64,000 nt of DNA from Bradymonadia bacterium. GTDB taxonomy: Bacteria; Myxococcota_A; Bradymonadia; UBA7976; UBA1532. Under the pieces are notes generated by a model that searched no databases, was not told where the DNA came from, and saw only the letters and a program-made list of their open reading frames with translations. Shown here piece after piece: positions 17,597-27,507 of the stretch (within the stretch, counting starts at the first letter, position 1; every line of letters begins with the position of its first letter). Where the stretch lies: contig JBKAGE010000070.1 of the NCBI GenBank assembly GCA_046290225.1, forward strand, positions 96,001-160,000, in the 5' to 3' direction. The position numbers and the translations under genes were made by a program.

Positions 17597-18613
17597 ATGG
17601 AGCCCACAGTGTCTGCCAGCGTCCACTCCGGCATCACCCTCACTCAGCACATCTTGCGCAAACAGGACGAGCACCCCGAAGCCCGGGGCCAGCTCTCGGT
17701 GCTGCTCACTCAGATCGGCGTCGCCTGCAAACTCATCTCCGCTCAGGTTCGCCGGGCGGGTCTCGTCGAAGTGTGGGGCAGCACCGGCGAGATCAATGTG
17801 CAGGGCGAGACTGTGCAGAAGCTCGACCGCATCGCCAACGACACCCTCGTCGAGGTGCTGTCGCGCTCTGGCTGCGTCGCCGCGATGGCCAGTGAGGAAG
17901 AGCACAAGATCATCGAGGTGACCCCGGAGCAGGCGGGGGATTACGTGGTGACCTTCGACCCCCTCGACGGCTCGTCCAACATCGACGTGAACGTGTCCAT
18001 CGGCACCATCTTCTCGATCTACAAGCGCAAGAACCCCGAAGAGGTGCTGCAGAGCGATGTGCTCCGCCCAGGTCGGGAGCAGGTGGCGGCGGGCTACGTG
18101 ATCTATGGCTCGAGCACGGCCCTGGTCTACACCGACGGCCTCAGCGTCGATGCTTTCACCCTCGATCCGAGCTGCGGCGAGTTCTTCTTGACCCGGGCCA
18201 ACATCAAGATGCCCAAGAAGACCAAGCTGCTGTCGATCAACGAGTGCAACGAGCCCTACTGGGCCCCCTGGGTGGACAAGCTGCTGGCCGAGATCAAAGG
18301 CCGCAACGATCTGGAGAAGCGCCGCATCAGCGCCCGCCACATCGGCAGCCTGGTCTCCGACTTTCACCGCAACCTGATCAAGGGCGGGCTGTACCTCTAC
18401 CCGGTGAACTCGCACACGGGCCGCGGGAAGCTGCGGGTGTCGTATGAGTGCAACCCCCTGGCCTTCATCGCTGAGGTGGCCGGCGGGGCGGCGATTGGGG
18501 AGCACGGGCCGATCCTCGACATCGTGCCCACAGGCCTGCACGACCGCACGGGGCTGGTGATCGGCCCCGCTGACGATGTGGCTCTGGCTCAGCGATTGCT
18601 CGAAGAGGGCTGA
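17597..18613 (+). CDS. fbp: fructose-1,6-bisphosphatase class I
   Basis: NVQGETVQKLD, ASEE, FDPLDGSSNIDVNVSIGTIFSI, AAGYVIYGSST, GKLR..YECNP. Confidence 0.95.
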   Translation: MEPTVSASVHSGITLTQHILRKQDEHPEARGQLSVLLTQIGVACKLISAQVRRAGLVEVWGSTGEINVQGETVQKLDRIANDTLVEVLSRSGCVAAMASEEEHKIIEVTPEQAGDYVVTFDPLDGSSNIDVNVSIGTIFSIYKRKNPEEVLQSDVLRPGREQVAAGYVIYGSSTALVYTDGLSVDAFTLDPSCGEFFLTRANIKMPKKTKLLSINECNEPYWAPWVDKLLAEIKGRNDLEKRRISARHIGSLVSDFHRNLIKGGLYLYPVNSHTGRGKLRVSYECNPLAFIAEVAGGAAIGEHGPILDIVPTGLHDRTGLVIGPADDVALAQRLLEEG

Positions 18614-18689
18614 GCGCACAGCTCACATCAAGCCCAAGCCCTCCACTGCCGATGTTTCTGGGGTAGCGCTCATCGCCCTGGAGCCCCCG

Positions 18690-20846
18690 ATGGATCGTGC
18701 CCCTCGTCTGCTCGTGGTTCATGAAGACGCCACCGAGCTCTTGTCCCTGGCCCGCGTGTGCTCGGAGCATGGTTTCGACGTGATCAACGCGCGCACCGTC
18801 GATCAGGCAAAGAGCAAACTCGAGGCCGAGGGGGACAGCTTCGAGGTCTTACTGATGCACTGGCAGCTGCCTCGGGCCGGGGCCATGCACCTCACCCTCA
18901 CGGCTCACGAGCTGGGTCAGAGCGCCCCCCGATTCGTGATGGTCTTCTGTGGCTCCTGGCAGCGGCAGGACCTCCGCAAGGGACTACAGCTCGGCATCGA
19001 CGCGTTTCTGACCAACCCCATCTCGCCGGAGACCCTCGACACCGAGCTGTCGATGCTGCACAGCACCGGCTCCAGCCTCACCCGCAGCCGCATTCTGGAA
19101 GACGCTGGCACTGCAGGGCTGACCTACGATCCGCGCCTCTGGGCCGGAGAGCTCACGCGCCGTGAAGATGAAGCGCTGGCCCATCACGCTCAGGACCAGC
19201 TGGAGCGTCTGGCTCTGCGTCGCCGACAACGCCTCGAGATGCTCAAGGGCGATCTCGCCCGGCTCTCTGGAGGCGAGCCTGACCCATTGATCTTGCAGGC
19301 GCTGCAAGAGGTCCTGCAGAGCGACACCCCGGAGATTGGCGCCGTGGCGCAAAGCTGGGGTGTAGACGGCGATCTGCTCAGCCAGCTGTACTCGCTGTTG
19401 CAAGACCCGCACGAGTCGCCGGTCATCCGTCAGGTCAGACGCCCTGAGCACCTGTGGCTCGCCGAGGCGCTGCTCCGACGGGCCGTGGCTCGCCGACGAG
19501 CGGGTGAGTCGGACGCTGAAGACAGCACCCTCGCCCGGCTCGCAGTCCGGGGCCTCAGCGCAGAGGCGCAGGCCAGCGACACCCAGGCGCTGATTCAGGC
19601 CCTCAGCGATCGCTTCTTACTCCCGACCTCCATCGTCAACGAGCTCGACGACGATGATCTGGCCTATGTGGCCCGCCGCCTCGCAGCCCGTGGGGTGCCC
19701 GAAGAAGAGCACCCTCTCGATGCCGCCCGGGTGCGGCTGTGCTTGCTGGGTTATCTCATGGTGCATCTCGAGCCCTGGGGCCCGGATCCGGATTTGATCC
19801 CGGGGCTCAACGCCCTCTTGAGCGGCGTTGAGGACGACATCAAGACAGCGGCGGCTGAGATCGAGCCAGATCGGCCCAAGGGGCCCGAGGAGCTGGCACC
19901 GCTGTCCGCACTCTCGGACAGCCTGCTCCAAATGATGGATCAGGAGATCCATGTTGCTGGGGTGAACCTTGCAGATCTCTCGACCATGTGCCGAGCCCTC
20001 GGTGACGCCGAGCTGCCAGGGGGTGAGCTCGAGAGCCGCCGTATCGAGGCACTCGTCGAGGCGCTGAACGCCGGGCCGGTGCAAGCGCTGCCCCGAGCGA
20101 CGGCTGCGGCGCTCGCTCAATGGCTCTCCACCGCTCGGGAGCCGGATCTGGATCCGGCGCCTTCGTGGCTCACGGGCCTCTTCGACAAAGGACCCTGGGA
20201 CCCGAAGCGTCTCTCACAGCTGACGCAGATCCTCGAGGGGGTACAAATCCCTCAGGGAGATCCGCCGGTGTGGGTGGACGATCTACGGGCTGATCTGGGT
20301 GCGCCGCCCCTGGAGATCCCCAAGGCGTCTCCGCCGGTTCAGCCAACAGAGCTGCTTCCAGAGTCTCCCACCCCTGGCACGATGCCCCACTGGGTCCGGA
20401 CCAACAGCCACCGCCCGGAGATCATCCTCGGGCGCCTGGTGGAGTTGAGCCGCTCCGGTGATGTCCAAGGCATCCGCGCCTTGCGGGCGGCGCTCTCTCT
20501 GGGCCCTGGCCCTGCACAGGTGGACGACGTCTTGAGGCTGCTCGACGAGTCTGCTCTGAGCGGGGCCTATGTGGCCCTGGCAGACTTGCCGGAGAGCCAC
20601 CCACGGCTCGGGCCAGTGTGCAACACGGTGGCCCTGGCCCTCGGCGTGAGCGGCTGCTACGCCGCGGCGACGACGGTGTATCGAAGGGCCCTGAAGCGGC
20701 ACCCGGACCGGGCCTACCTCTGGTTCAACTACGCGCGTTTGCTGGTCGAGCAGGGTCGAAAGGGAGAGGCGAGGCCTCTGTTGGAAGAGGCCTGCCGGCT
20801 GGCACCGGATCTGGTCTCGGCCCAGCGACTGTTGGAGAGGCTCTAG
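18690..20846 (+). CDS. atypical (pseudo-)receiver domain protein with C-terminal TPR
   Basis: N-terminal receiver-like fold (LLVVHED, LLMHWQLP, GIDAFLTNP); C-terminal TPRs (YRRALKRHPD, WFNYARLL). Confidence 0.7.
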   Translation: MDRAPRLLVVHEDATELLSLARVCSEHGFDVINARTVDQAKSKLEAEGDSFEVLLMHWQLPRAGAMHLTLTAHELGQSAPRFVMVFCGSWQRQDLRKGLQLGIDAFLTNPISPETLDTELSMLHSTGSSLTRSRILEDAGTAGLTYDPRLWAGELTRREDEALAHHAQDQLERLALRRRQRLEMLKGDLARLSGGEPDPLILQALQEVLQSDTPEIGAVAQSWGVDGDLLSQLYSLLQDPHESPVIRQVRRPEHLWLAEALLRRAVARRRAGESDAEDSTLARLAVRGLSAEAQASDTQALIQALSDRFLLPTSIVNELDDDDLAYVARRLAARGVPEEEHPLDAARVRLCLLGYLMVHLEPWGPDPDLIPGLNALLSGVEDDIKTAAAEIEPDRPKGPEELAPLSALSDSLLQMMDQEIHVAGVNLADLSTMCRALGDAELPGGELESRRIEALVEALNAGPVQALPRATAAALAQWLSTAREPDLDPAPSWLTGLFDKGPWDPKRLSQLTQILEGVQIPQGDPPVWVDDLRADLGAPPLEIPKASPPVQPTELLPESPTPGTMPHWVRTNSHRPEIILGRLVELSRSGDVQGIRALRAALSLGPGPAQVDDVLRLLDESALSGAYVALADLPESHPRLGPVCNTVALALGVSGCYAAATTVYRRALKRHPDRAYLWFNYARLLVEQGRKGEARPLLEEACRLAPDLVSAQRLLERL

Positions 20847-20868
20847 CGACCGCTGGCTGAAACCTGCC

Positions 20869-22197
20869 TCAGAGTGAAGACAGGGCCTTCTCGATCTTCT
20901 TGAGCACGTGGGCGTCCTGCTTCTCGGCGCCCTTGTAGGACTTCTTCAGCTTCTCGAAGACCTTCTTGTCCCCCCCGAGATCCTTGAGGGTGTCCACGGC
21001 ACCGGTTCGCGCCATCCAGTTGGTCTTCCGGTCCACGATGATGTCGTTGAGCACCTTGTGCACGTCGGCGGCCTTGTACCAGGGCGCCGCCTCCTGGAAC
21101 TTGGGCTTCTTGGCCCAGCGCAGGCGGGAGAAGACCGTCCACGGGGGGTTCTTCTCATCGCGGTGGGCCTTGTCTTTGAGCAGGGCCAGCGTATGGGTGT
21201 AGGCCGCCTTGCTCGGGGCCTTGTGAGGCACCGGCGCAGACCACATGGCGATGATGCCCTCGAAGCACGAGGCGAACATGCGCGGATCTTTCAGGTTCTC
21301 GGCCTGCTTGGCGTCGGTCATCTTCTTGAGCAGGGGCAGCGCCCGCTCGTCGCCGCGCTCGCCGAGGCGCTTGCAGGCGAACCGCCGCACGTCTTCGGAA
21401 GTGTCGGACTTGACGATGTCCATGGCCTTCTCGAGGGTGCCCTCGGTGCCCTGAGCCCAGGAAGAGGTCAACCAGCTGACCACCTCGATGCGCACCTTCT
21501 CGTCGGCGTGCTGGGCCGTCTCGAGCAGCAGAGCCCGAACCCCCTCGTTCTTGCCCACCGAAGAGCCCATGGCCCGAATCATGGCCCGCAACACACGGGC
21601 GTCTTTCTCGGCCTTGGCGGCGGCCACGAGGGCCTGCTGGCTGTCTTCCGAGGCACCAAAGATCGAGCTCATCATGCTCGCCGACTGCAGCCGCACCGCA
21701 GGGTGTTCGTGGCTGATGTGCTTCTTGCCCAGGCTGGCGTACAGGCCGCCGAGGTTCTTCATCGCAGCCTTGCGCCCGGCCTTGCGGGCGGCATCGTAGG
21801 CCTTCCAGGCATCGCACTTGCGATCGATGTCCCGCTCGGTGACCTCACAGGCGGTGAGGCCCAGGAGCAGCGCCTCGAACTGCTCGGGGGTCGGCGCTTC
21901 GCCGGGCTTGAGCATGGCGGCGGCGGTCTTCTTGGCGTCTGCGGCGGCCTCGAGGGCCCCTTGAGCGCCCTTGGCCACATCACCAGCGGCCTTCTCGGCC
22001 CCGGCCTTTGCCGCGTCACCGGCGGTCTTGGCCACCTCGGTGGCTTTGTCGCCGGCCGCTTTGGCCTTGTCGCTGGCGGCCTTCTGAGCGGTCTCGCCGG
22101 TCTTGGTGTCCTTCTTGGGGGTGTCGCTCTTCTGGCCACAGCCCCCGAGCGCCAAGAGCGAGGTGGCCAGGGCCACAGTGATCAGCCTGCGCTTCAT
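20869..22197 (-). CDS. Lys/Ala-rich lipoprotein with HEAT repeats
   Basis: Start MKRRLITVAL, lipobox LGGC; HEAT repeats HPAVRLQS, DEKVRIEVV, SEDVRRFAC. Confidence 0.78.
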   Translation of the reverse strand: MKRRLITVALATSLLALGGCGQKSDTPKKDTKTGETAQKAASDKAKAAGDKATEVAKTAGDAAKAGAEKAAGDVAKGAQGALEAAADAKKTAAAMLKPGEAPTPEQFEALLLGLTACEVTERDIDRKCDAWKAYDAARKAGRKAAMKNLGGLYASLGKKHISHEHPAVRLQSASMMSSIFGASEDSQQALVAAAKAEKDARVLRAMIRAMGSSVGKNEGVRALLLETAQHADEKVRIEVVSWLTSSWAQGTEGTLEKAMDIVKSDTSEDVRRFACKRLGERGDERALPLLKKMTDAKQAENLKDPRMFASCFEGIIAMWSAPVPHKAPSKAAYTHTLALLKDKAHRDEKNPPWTVFSRLRWAKKPKFQEAAPWYKAADVHKVLNDIIVDRKTNWMARTGAVDTLKDLGGDKKVFEKLKKSYKGAEKQDAHVLKKIEKALSSL

Positions 22198-22287
22198 AAT
22201 CTTCAGCTTCCTCTCATGGATCGTGACAGGGATGATTGGCGACGGCAGCGCAGGTGTCAATGCAACCGCAGCCTTTGCCCTTCGAGG

Positions 22288-23445
22288 TCAACGCTGTGCG
22301 AGGGCCGCGGAGATGGCGCTGTCGAGGGCCCGGGCCATCTGATCCAGGGTGATGTCGTCGCGCATCAACTGCCGACCGCGCGCGGAGACGCGCTGGCGAC
22401 CCTCGTCGTCGGCACACACCCTGGCCACCACGTCGACGAGGGCAGGTACGTCACCTCGGCGGTAGCGCCACCCCGTCTCTTCATGGCGCACGATCTCGGC
22501 GTCAGCCCCACGCTCGTCGGCGATGATGGTGGGGGTGCCAAAGGCCATCGACTGGTTGATCGACAACCCCACGGCCCCCGGGAAGATGGCCATGTGAGCC
22601 GCCGAGAGCCACGCATAGTCGTCTCCCTCGGGCACCCGCCCCGTGACGATGATGTCGCGCCCCTCAGGATCGAGCACCTGCGCCTGTGAACGCCTCAGCT
22701 CGAGATCCGGGCCGCCACCGACGAGCACCAGAGCCAGGGTCGGATCGATGGCTTTGAGCGCAGGCCACGCCGCGAGCAGGTCGCCCTGTCGCTTATCGGT
22801 GAACATACGCCCTACGCACACGATGGCCTTGCGGCCCTCGAGGCCTGCCTCTTCGAGCAGCCGCTGGCCTCGGGCGGCGATGGCGTCGCCATCGGTGAAG
22901 ATACGATCGGTGTCGATGGTGTTGTGGGCCACGTGAATGCGGTCTTCGGCGAAACCGAGCTGCATCAGCTCTGCCCGGGAGGCGTCGCCGTACACGATGG
23001 CACGAGCATACTGTCGATACAGCCCCCACTTGCTCGCTCCGGTGACAAAGCCTGGCAGCCCCGAGAAGCTGTGCACCTTGGACCAGCACACCGGCACCGT
23101 GCCCACCTTGCGACACACCGATGGCAGGCGCCACGCGCTCAAGCACCGTGGGCTGGCCCCCACGATGAGCACATCGGGTTGCCCCCGGCTGACCCGGGCC
23201 TCGGCGCCGGGCCACCAGCTCACCGTCTGCCCCGCCACGGCGCGGGTCACATAGGGCTGATGATTGAACCACGGCCGCCGCACGCCGCCCGTCCCTGCGC
23301 CATCGACGAGGGGCCCGAAGATTTGCAGGTCGTACCGCCCGTCGGCGAGCACGCGCACTGCATCGAAGATGGGGGCGCGGTAGTGCTCTACGGTGGGCTG
23401 GAAGATCCAGACGTTCGCGGGGGCAGAGGGCTCAGATGCGTGCAT
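22288..23445 (-). CDS. glycosyltransferase family 4 (GT-B)
   Basis: HYRAP, VAHNTID, VGRMFTDK, VGLSINQSMAFGTPTI, AEIVRHEETG. Confidence 0.88.
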   Translation of the reverse strand: MHASEPSAPANVWIFQPTVEHYRAPIFDAVRVLADGRYDLQIFGPLVDGAGTGGVRRPWFNHQPYVTRAVAGQTVSWWPGAEARVSRGQPDVLIVGASPRCLSAWRLPSVCRKVGTVPVCWSKVHSFSGLPGFVTGASKWGLYRQYARAIVYGDASRAELMQLGFAEDRIHVAHNTIDTDRIFTDGDAIAARGQRLLEEAGLEGRKAIVCVGRMFTDKRQGDLLAAWPALKAIDPTLALVLVGGGPDLELRRSQAQVLDPEGRDIIVTGRVPEGDDYAWLSAAHMAIFPGAVGLSINQSMAFGTPTIIADERGADAEIVRHEETGWRYRRGDVPALVDVVARVCADDEGRQRVSARGRQLMRDDITLDQMARALDSAISAALAQR

Positions 23446-23682
23446 GCCGATCTCGAAGGGTGCTGGGGATGCTCAGAGGTGCTGTCGGTGGGACAGTATC
23501 ATCAGCGCTGTGTCAGTAGACCCTGCAAGGGCCCAAACTATCCGCTCGATGTGTGCTCACACGATCGACTGGGGGCGAGGTCCAGTCTCGAGCTAGAAAT
23601 CACTTCTCCTCATCAGTGTCCAGTGAGAAACCTGGGCGCAGACGCAGCATCCACACCTGGACATCATCACTGGAGCACCCTC

Positions 23683-24345
23683 ATGGGCACCATCGTCATC
23701 ACCGGCGCCAACCGGGGCATCGGCCTCTCCCTCGCGCAACAACTCAACGCTCGGGGTGACTCGATCATCGCCGTGGTCCGCAACAGCAGCCCTGAGCTCG
23801 ACGCTCTGGGCGTACGTGTGGAGGCGGGCATCGACGTCTCCGAAGCTGGTGATGTCGCCGAGCTCGCCCGACGCCTCGAAGGCACCGCCATCGATGTCTT
23901 GATCAACAACGCCGGCATTCTGCGCAGCACCCCCCTCGACGATCTCGACTTCGAAGCCATCGAGGCTCAGTTCAAGGTGAACAGCGTGGGGCCTCTTCGA
24001 GTGACGCATGCTCTGCGTGGCAACCTCGGCGCCGGGAGCAAGGTGGGCATCGTTACCAGCCGCATGGGATCCCTCTCCGACAACACCTCTGGTGGTGCCT
24101 ATGGCTACCGTATGTCGAAGGCCGCGGTGAACATGGCGGGGGTGAGCCTGGCCCACGACCTCAAGGAGGCCGGCGTGGCGGTGGTGTTGCTGCACCCTGG
24201 CTGGGTGCGTACCGACATGACCGGAGGCAACGGCCTCATCGACGCCGAGGCGTCTGCCCGGGGCATGATCGCCCGCCTCGATCAGCTCGATCTCGAGAGC
24301 ACAGGCACCTTCTGGCACACCAACGGAGAGCAGCTGAGCTGGTAA
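23683..24345 (+). CDS. short-chain dehydrogenase/reductase, C-factor (CsgA)-like subfamily
   Basis: ITGANRGIG, LINNAG, SRMGS, YGYRMSKAAVNM, LHPGWVRTDM; SD GGAG upstream of ATG 23683. Confidence 0.9.
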   Translation: MGTIVITGANRGIGLSLAQQLNARGDSIIAVVRNSSPELDALGVRVEAGIDVSEAGDVAELARRLEGTAIDVLINNAGILRSTPLDDLDFEAIEAQFKVNSVGPLRVTHALRGNLGAGSKVGIVTSRMGSLSDNTSGGAYGYRMSKAAVNMAGVSLAHDLKEAGVAVVLLHPGWVRTDMTGGNGLIDAEASARGMIARLDQLDLESTGTFWHTNGEQLSW

Positions 24346-24478
24346 GCCCTCGTCGCCTCGCCACCCCCACATCGATGAAAGCCATTTTCAGACAGAAGAA
24401 TCGCGACAAAATTGACGTCAATGGAGCGACCGCATGTTTATGCGGTGTATCTGATATGTGAACCACACAGGAGATGCC

Positions 24479-25357
24479 ATGCGTCGGTTGCTGCCCTTTC
24501 TATGCTGTCTGTGCCTCGCCCCTGGTCTCATCAATTGCGCCACGATCCAACCCGGAGAGCGCGGCGTCAAACGCACGCTCGGTGATCTGGACACCGAGGT
24601 CCACGAACCCGGCCTCGTCTGGTTCAACTTCTTCGTGACCAGCATCGTCCGTATGCCCGTGCGCACTCAAAACCTCGAGGTGAACCTGCCGCTCCCCAGT
24701 AAAGAAGGGCTCACCGTCCAGTCCGAGATCTCCATCCTCTACCGCATCAAGCCCGAGTCGGTGCCCGCAGTCATCGAAGAGATCGGCGAGCGTTACGAGA
24801 AATCATTGGTGCTGCCCACCTTCCGCTCAGCTGCCGCTGACATCTCCTCGCGTCACAACGCCAAGGAGATGCACAGCAAGGAGCGCAAAGCCATCGAGCT
24901 CGAGATCACCGAGCGCCTGCGCGAAGAACTCGAACCACGTGGCTTCGAGATCGAGCGCGTACTCATGAAGTCCATCTCGCTCCCCACAGGCCTCTCCCAG
25001 GCCATCGAGCAAAAACTCGCCGCCGAGCAGGAGGCGCAGCGCATGGCCTTCGTGCTCGATCGCGAGCGTCGCGAGGCGGAGCGCCGTCGGGTCGAGGCCG
25101 AGGGCATCAAGGACGCACAGCTGATCATCGACGGTGGCCTGACGCCGATGCTGATTCAGTACCGCTCCCTCGAAGCCTTCCGAGAGCTGGCCAAGAGCCC
25201 CAACGCCAAGGTGATCATCACCAATGGCCAGGCGCCCATGCTCATCGGTGGTCAGGGTGAGGTGATGACGATGACCCCTTCTGCGGCTCCAGCGCCACAG
25301 ACCCCCACGCGAAAGCGCACCCCGCTCAAGCCCGAGAAGACCGCCCGCACACGGTGA
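24479..25357 (+). CDS. SPFH/prohibitin family protein
   Basis: IQPGERGV, PSKEGL, AIEQKLAAEQEAQRM, EAEGIKDAQ, SPNAKVIIT. Confidence 0.9.
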   Translation: MRRLLPFLCCLCLAPGLINCATIQPGERGVKRTLGDLDTEVHEPGLVWFNFFVTSIVRMPVRTQNLEVNLPLPSKEGLTVQSEISILYRIKPESVPAVIEEIGERYEKSLVLPTFRSAAADISSRHNAKEMHSKERKAIELEITERLREELEPRGFEIERVLMKSISLPTGLSQAIEQKLAAEQEAQRMAFVLDRERREAERRRVEAEGIKDAQLIIDGGLTPMLIQYRSLEAFRELAKSPNAKVIITNGQAPMLIGGQGEVMTMTPSAAPAPQTPTRKRTPLKPEKTARTR

Positions 25358-25522
25358 ACCATCGCCCCTCGAGGGGCACGCACCATTGAGCCCTCCCGAA
25401 AAAAATCCCTCCACGAAAAAAGACTCCGCTCTCCCTCAGTAAGACGACTGTGAGCAGCCCGCTGCGGCTGATTCGCCCAACAACACTGCTGATGTGTGCT
25501 GTTGCACAGAAGAGAGGAAGAG

Positions 25523-27451
25523 ATGTCTTTTGCTTCGATACGTACGCTTGCGCCCGTTGCCATGCTTGCCCTGCTGTCCGGGGCCGCTCACGCACAGTTC
25601 AACATCGATTTGGGGATCAACCCCATCGGCCCCTTCAACAACTGTGGCGATGACTGGATCAGCTATGATCGCGAGGCGGCGAGCCCCGGTGAGTACTTCA
25701 GCGTCAGCCCGGAAAAATGCAACCTGGTGCCCTCCACCGGGGTGAGATGGACCATCGATCCGCCCCTCCCCTCGGGGTTGTGGATCCACAGCCGCAGCGG
25801 CAGGGTGTACGGCACCCCTCCGGCCAACAGCGCCGATCATCAGGTGCGCTACACAGATCGCCTCGGCTACACACGCACCGCGTACCCCTTCAGCCCTCGC
25901 ACGGTGACCGCCACCTGGACGGGCCCGACCGGGCATCCGGTCAGCAAGACGACCATCTTCAAATACGACTTCGTCGATCCCAGCCCTCTGCGCACCTCCA
26001 GCTACGGCGCGATCCGCTTTCGGGAGGGTGATGGTGTGCAGCGCCGTGCGGCGCAGGTCTTCGGCGGTACTCAGCCCTACCGGTTTCAGCTCCAGGGGAG
26101 CCTGCCCGCGGGCTATCGCCTCGAATCGGACGGCGATCTGGTGGGCATGCCCGACAACCCCCACGCTGACTGTGTGAACGGCTGCCGGGAGTACGTGCAG
26201 GTGACCGACGCCAAGGGTCGCACCGCGCAGCTCTTTGCCCTGGTGACCAACATGGAGAAGTACAGCGACGTCGATCGGGTCTGCTATGTGCTGGTCCACG
26301 GACACGGCCCGCACAAGGGCAACCGCGCTGATCAGCTCGCCAAGGCCCGGGCGTACTGGTCCGAGAACAAGATCGGCAGCTTCGATCCTGATCCCGACGA
26401 TGGCTCCAGCTCTGCAGGGGCGCTGCGACCAGATGCCCGCAGCTTTGTGAGCACCCTCACCGCTGATGGCGACAAGGTGTTCTACGTGGGCTACGACTCG
26501 TACCAGCACCTCCGCCAGAGCGCCATCGACGTCGCTGGCCAGCTCGAATGGGCCATTCAGAGCACGCACAGCAGCCCCAGCCCCACCTACCAATCCGTCA
26601 TCGGCGGTGACGGCTGCCGCGGGACCGACGAGATCATCGTCATCGGCCACAGCATGGGCGGGCTGGTGATGGACTACATCCTGGGCAACGCCGACGTGAG
26701 CCGCCGCAACCACCACCCGAGCTTCTGGACCACCGCTTACAGCGTGGAGCAGGTCGTCACCATCCAGACCCCCCACCGAGGCTCCGAGCTCGCCGACGCC
26801 AAGTGTGACTTCGAGTGGTCTGATCTCGTGCAGCCTCTGGTACTCGCCACCTACATCTTTGGCGGCGAGTGCGACGACGGCTCTTGGGATCTGCAAACCT
26901 CGGAAGAGGTCCGACGCCACATCGGCCCCCTGGCGAGCCCCACCTGGGCCATCGGCAGCCACCAGGGCATGTGCCAGAACACCGACACGGCGCAGCGACT
27001 GTGCAGGGGCTTCGCAGACTCGTTCGGCCCCTTCAACCCCGCCCGATACGCGATCCGCGAGATGTGCCCTCTCATCGGCGATCTCATGTGCTCCAACCTC
27101 TTCTTCGACGAGCAGAACGACGGGGCGGTGGAGTACACGAGCGCCTTCGCCTGCACTGGGGAGAACCCCAACGACACCGAGGGTGAAGGCTTCGGTGACA
27201 GCAGCACCGATGTGTGCGGCAACAACCAAAAGGTCATCACCGGGGTGTTCAACTTCGACGTCAGCGAGGAGAACCACGACACCGGCCGCAACGCCCAGCA
27301 CCCCGACGCGCGCCGCTCCATGTGGATCCGCGACAGCATCTGGTCTGCCCTCCCCCGCGAGTTTGTGCCTGGCACCAGCCGCATGAGCTCCGCCGAGGCG
27401 ATTCACCGCGTCTTCGGTGACGGCGCCTGGCTGCACCTCGACGACCGCTGA
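25523..27451 (+). CDS. secreted alpha/beta-hydrolase (lipase-like) with N-terminal putative Ig (He_PIG-like) domains
   Basis: Signal peptide (AHA); LPSGLWI..SGRVYGTP and GSLPAGYRL..GDLVG.P; VLVHG, GHSMGG nucleophile, TPHRGSELAD, NDGAV, ENHD. Confidence 0.8.
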   Translation: MSFASIRTLAPVAMLALLSGAAHAQFNIDLGINPIGPFNNCGDDWISYDREAASPGEYFSVSPEKCNLVPSTGVRWTIDPPLPSGLWIHSRSGRVYGTPPANSADHQVRYTDRLGYTRTAYPFSPRTVTATWTGPTGHPVSKTTIFKYDFVDPSPLRTSSYGAIRFREGDGVQRRAAQVFGGTQPYRFQLQGSLPAGYRLESDGDLVGMPDNPHADCVNGCREYVQVTDAKGRTAQLFALVTNMEKYSDVDRVCYVLVHGHGPHKGNRADQLAKARAYWSENKIGSFDPDPDDGSSSAGALRPDARSFVSTLTADGDKVFYVGYDSYQHLRQSAIDVAGQLEWAIQSTHSSPSPTYQSVIGGDGCRGTDEIIVIGHSMGGLVMDYILGNADVSRRNHHPSFWTTAYSVEQVVTIQTPHRGSELADAKCDFEWSDLVQPLVLATYIFGGECDDGSWDLQTSEEVRRHIGPLASPTWAIGSHQGMCQNTDTAQRLCRGFADSFGPFNPARYAIREMCPLIGDLMCSNLFFDEQNDGAVEYTSAFACTGENPNDTEGEGFGDSSTDVCGNNQKVITGVFNFDVSEENHDTGRNAQHPDARRSMWIRDSIWSALPREFVPGTSRMSSAEAIHRVFGDGAWLHLDDR

Positions 27452-27507
27452 GCTCACCCACGCACTCTCCGCCCGCCTCATTCCCCTGCCTTCATCAGGA
27501 GCCTGTC

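Noticed and set aside
25366..25425. GCCCC-TCGA-GGGGC palindrome and two CCCTCC..GAAAAAA repeats
   Set aside because: Probably a terminator hairpin plus promoter A-tracts; too short to support a specific call.
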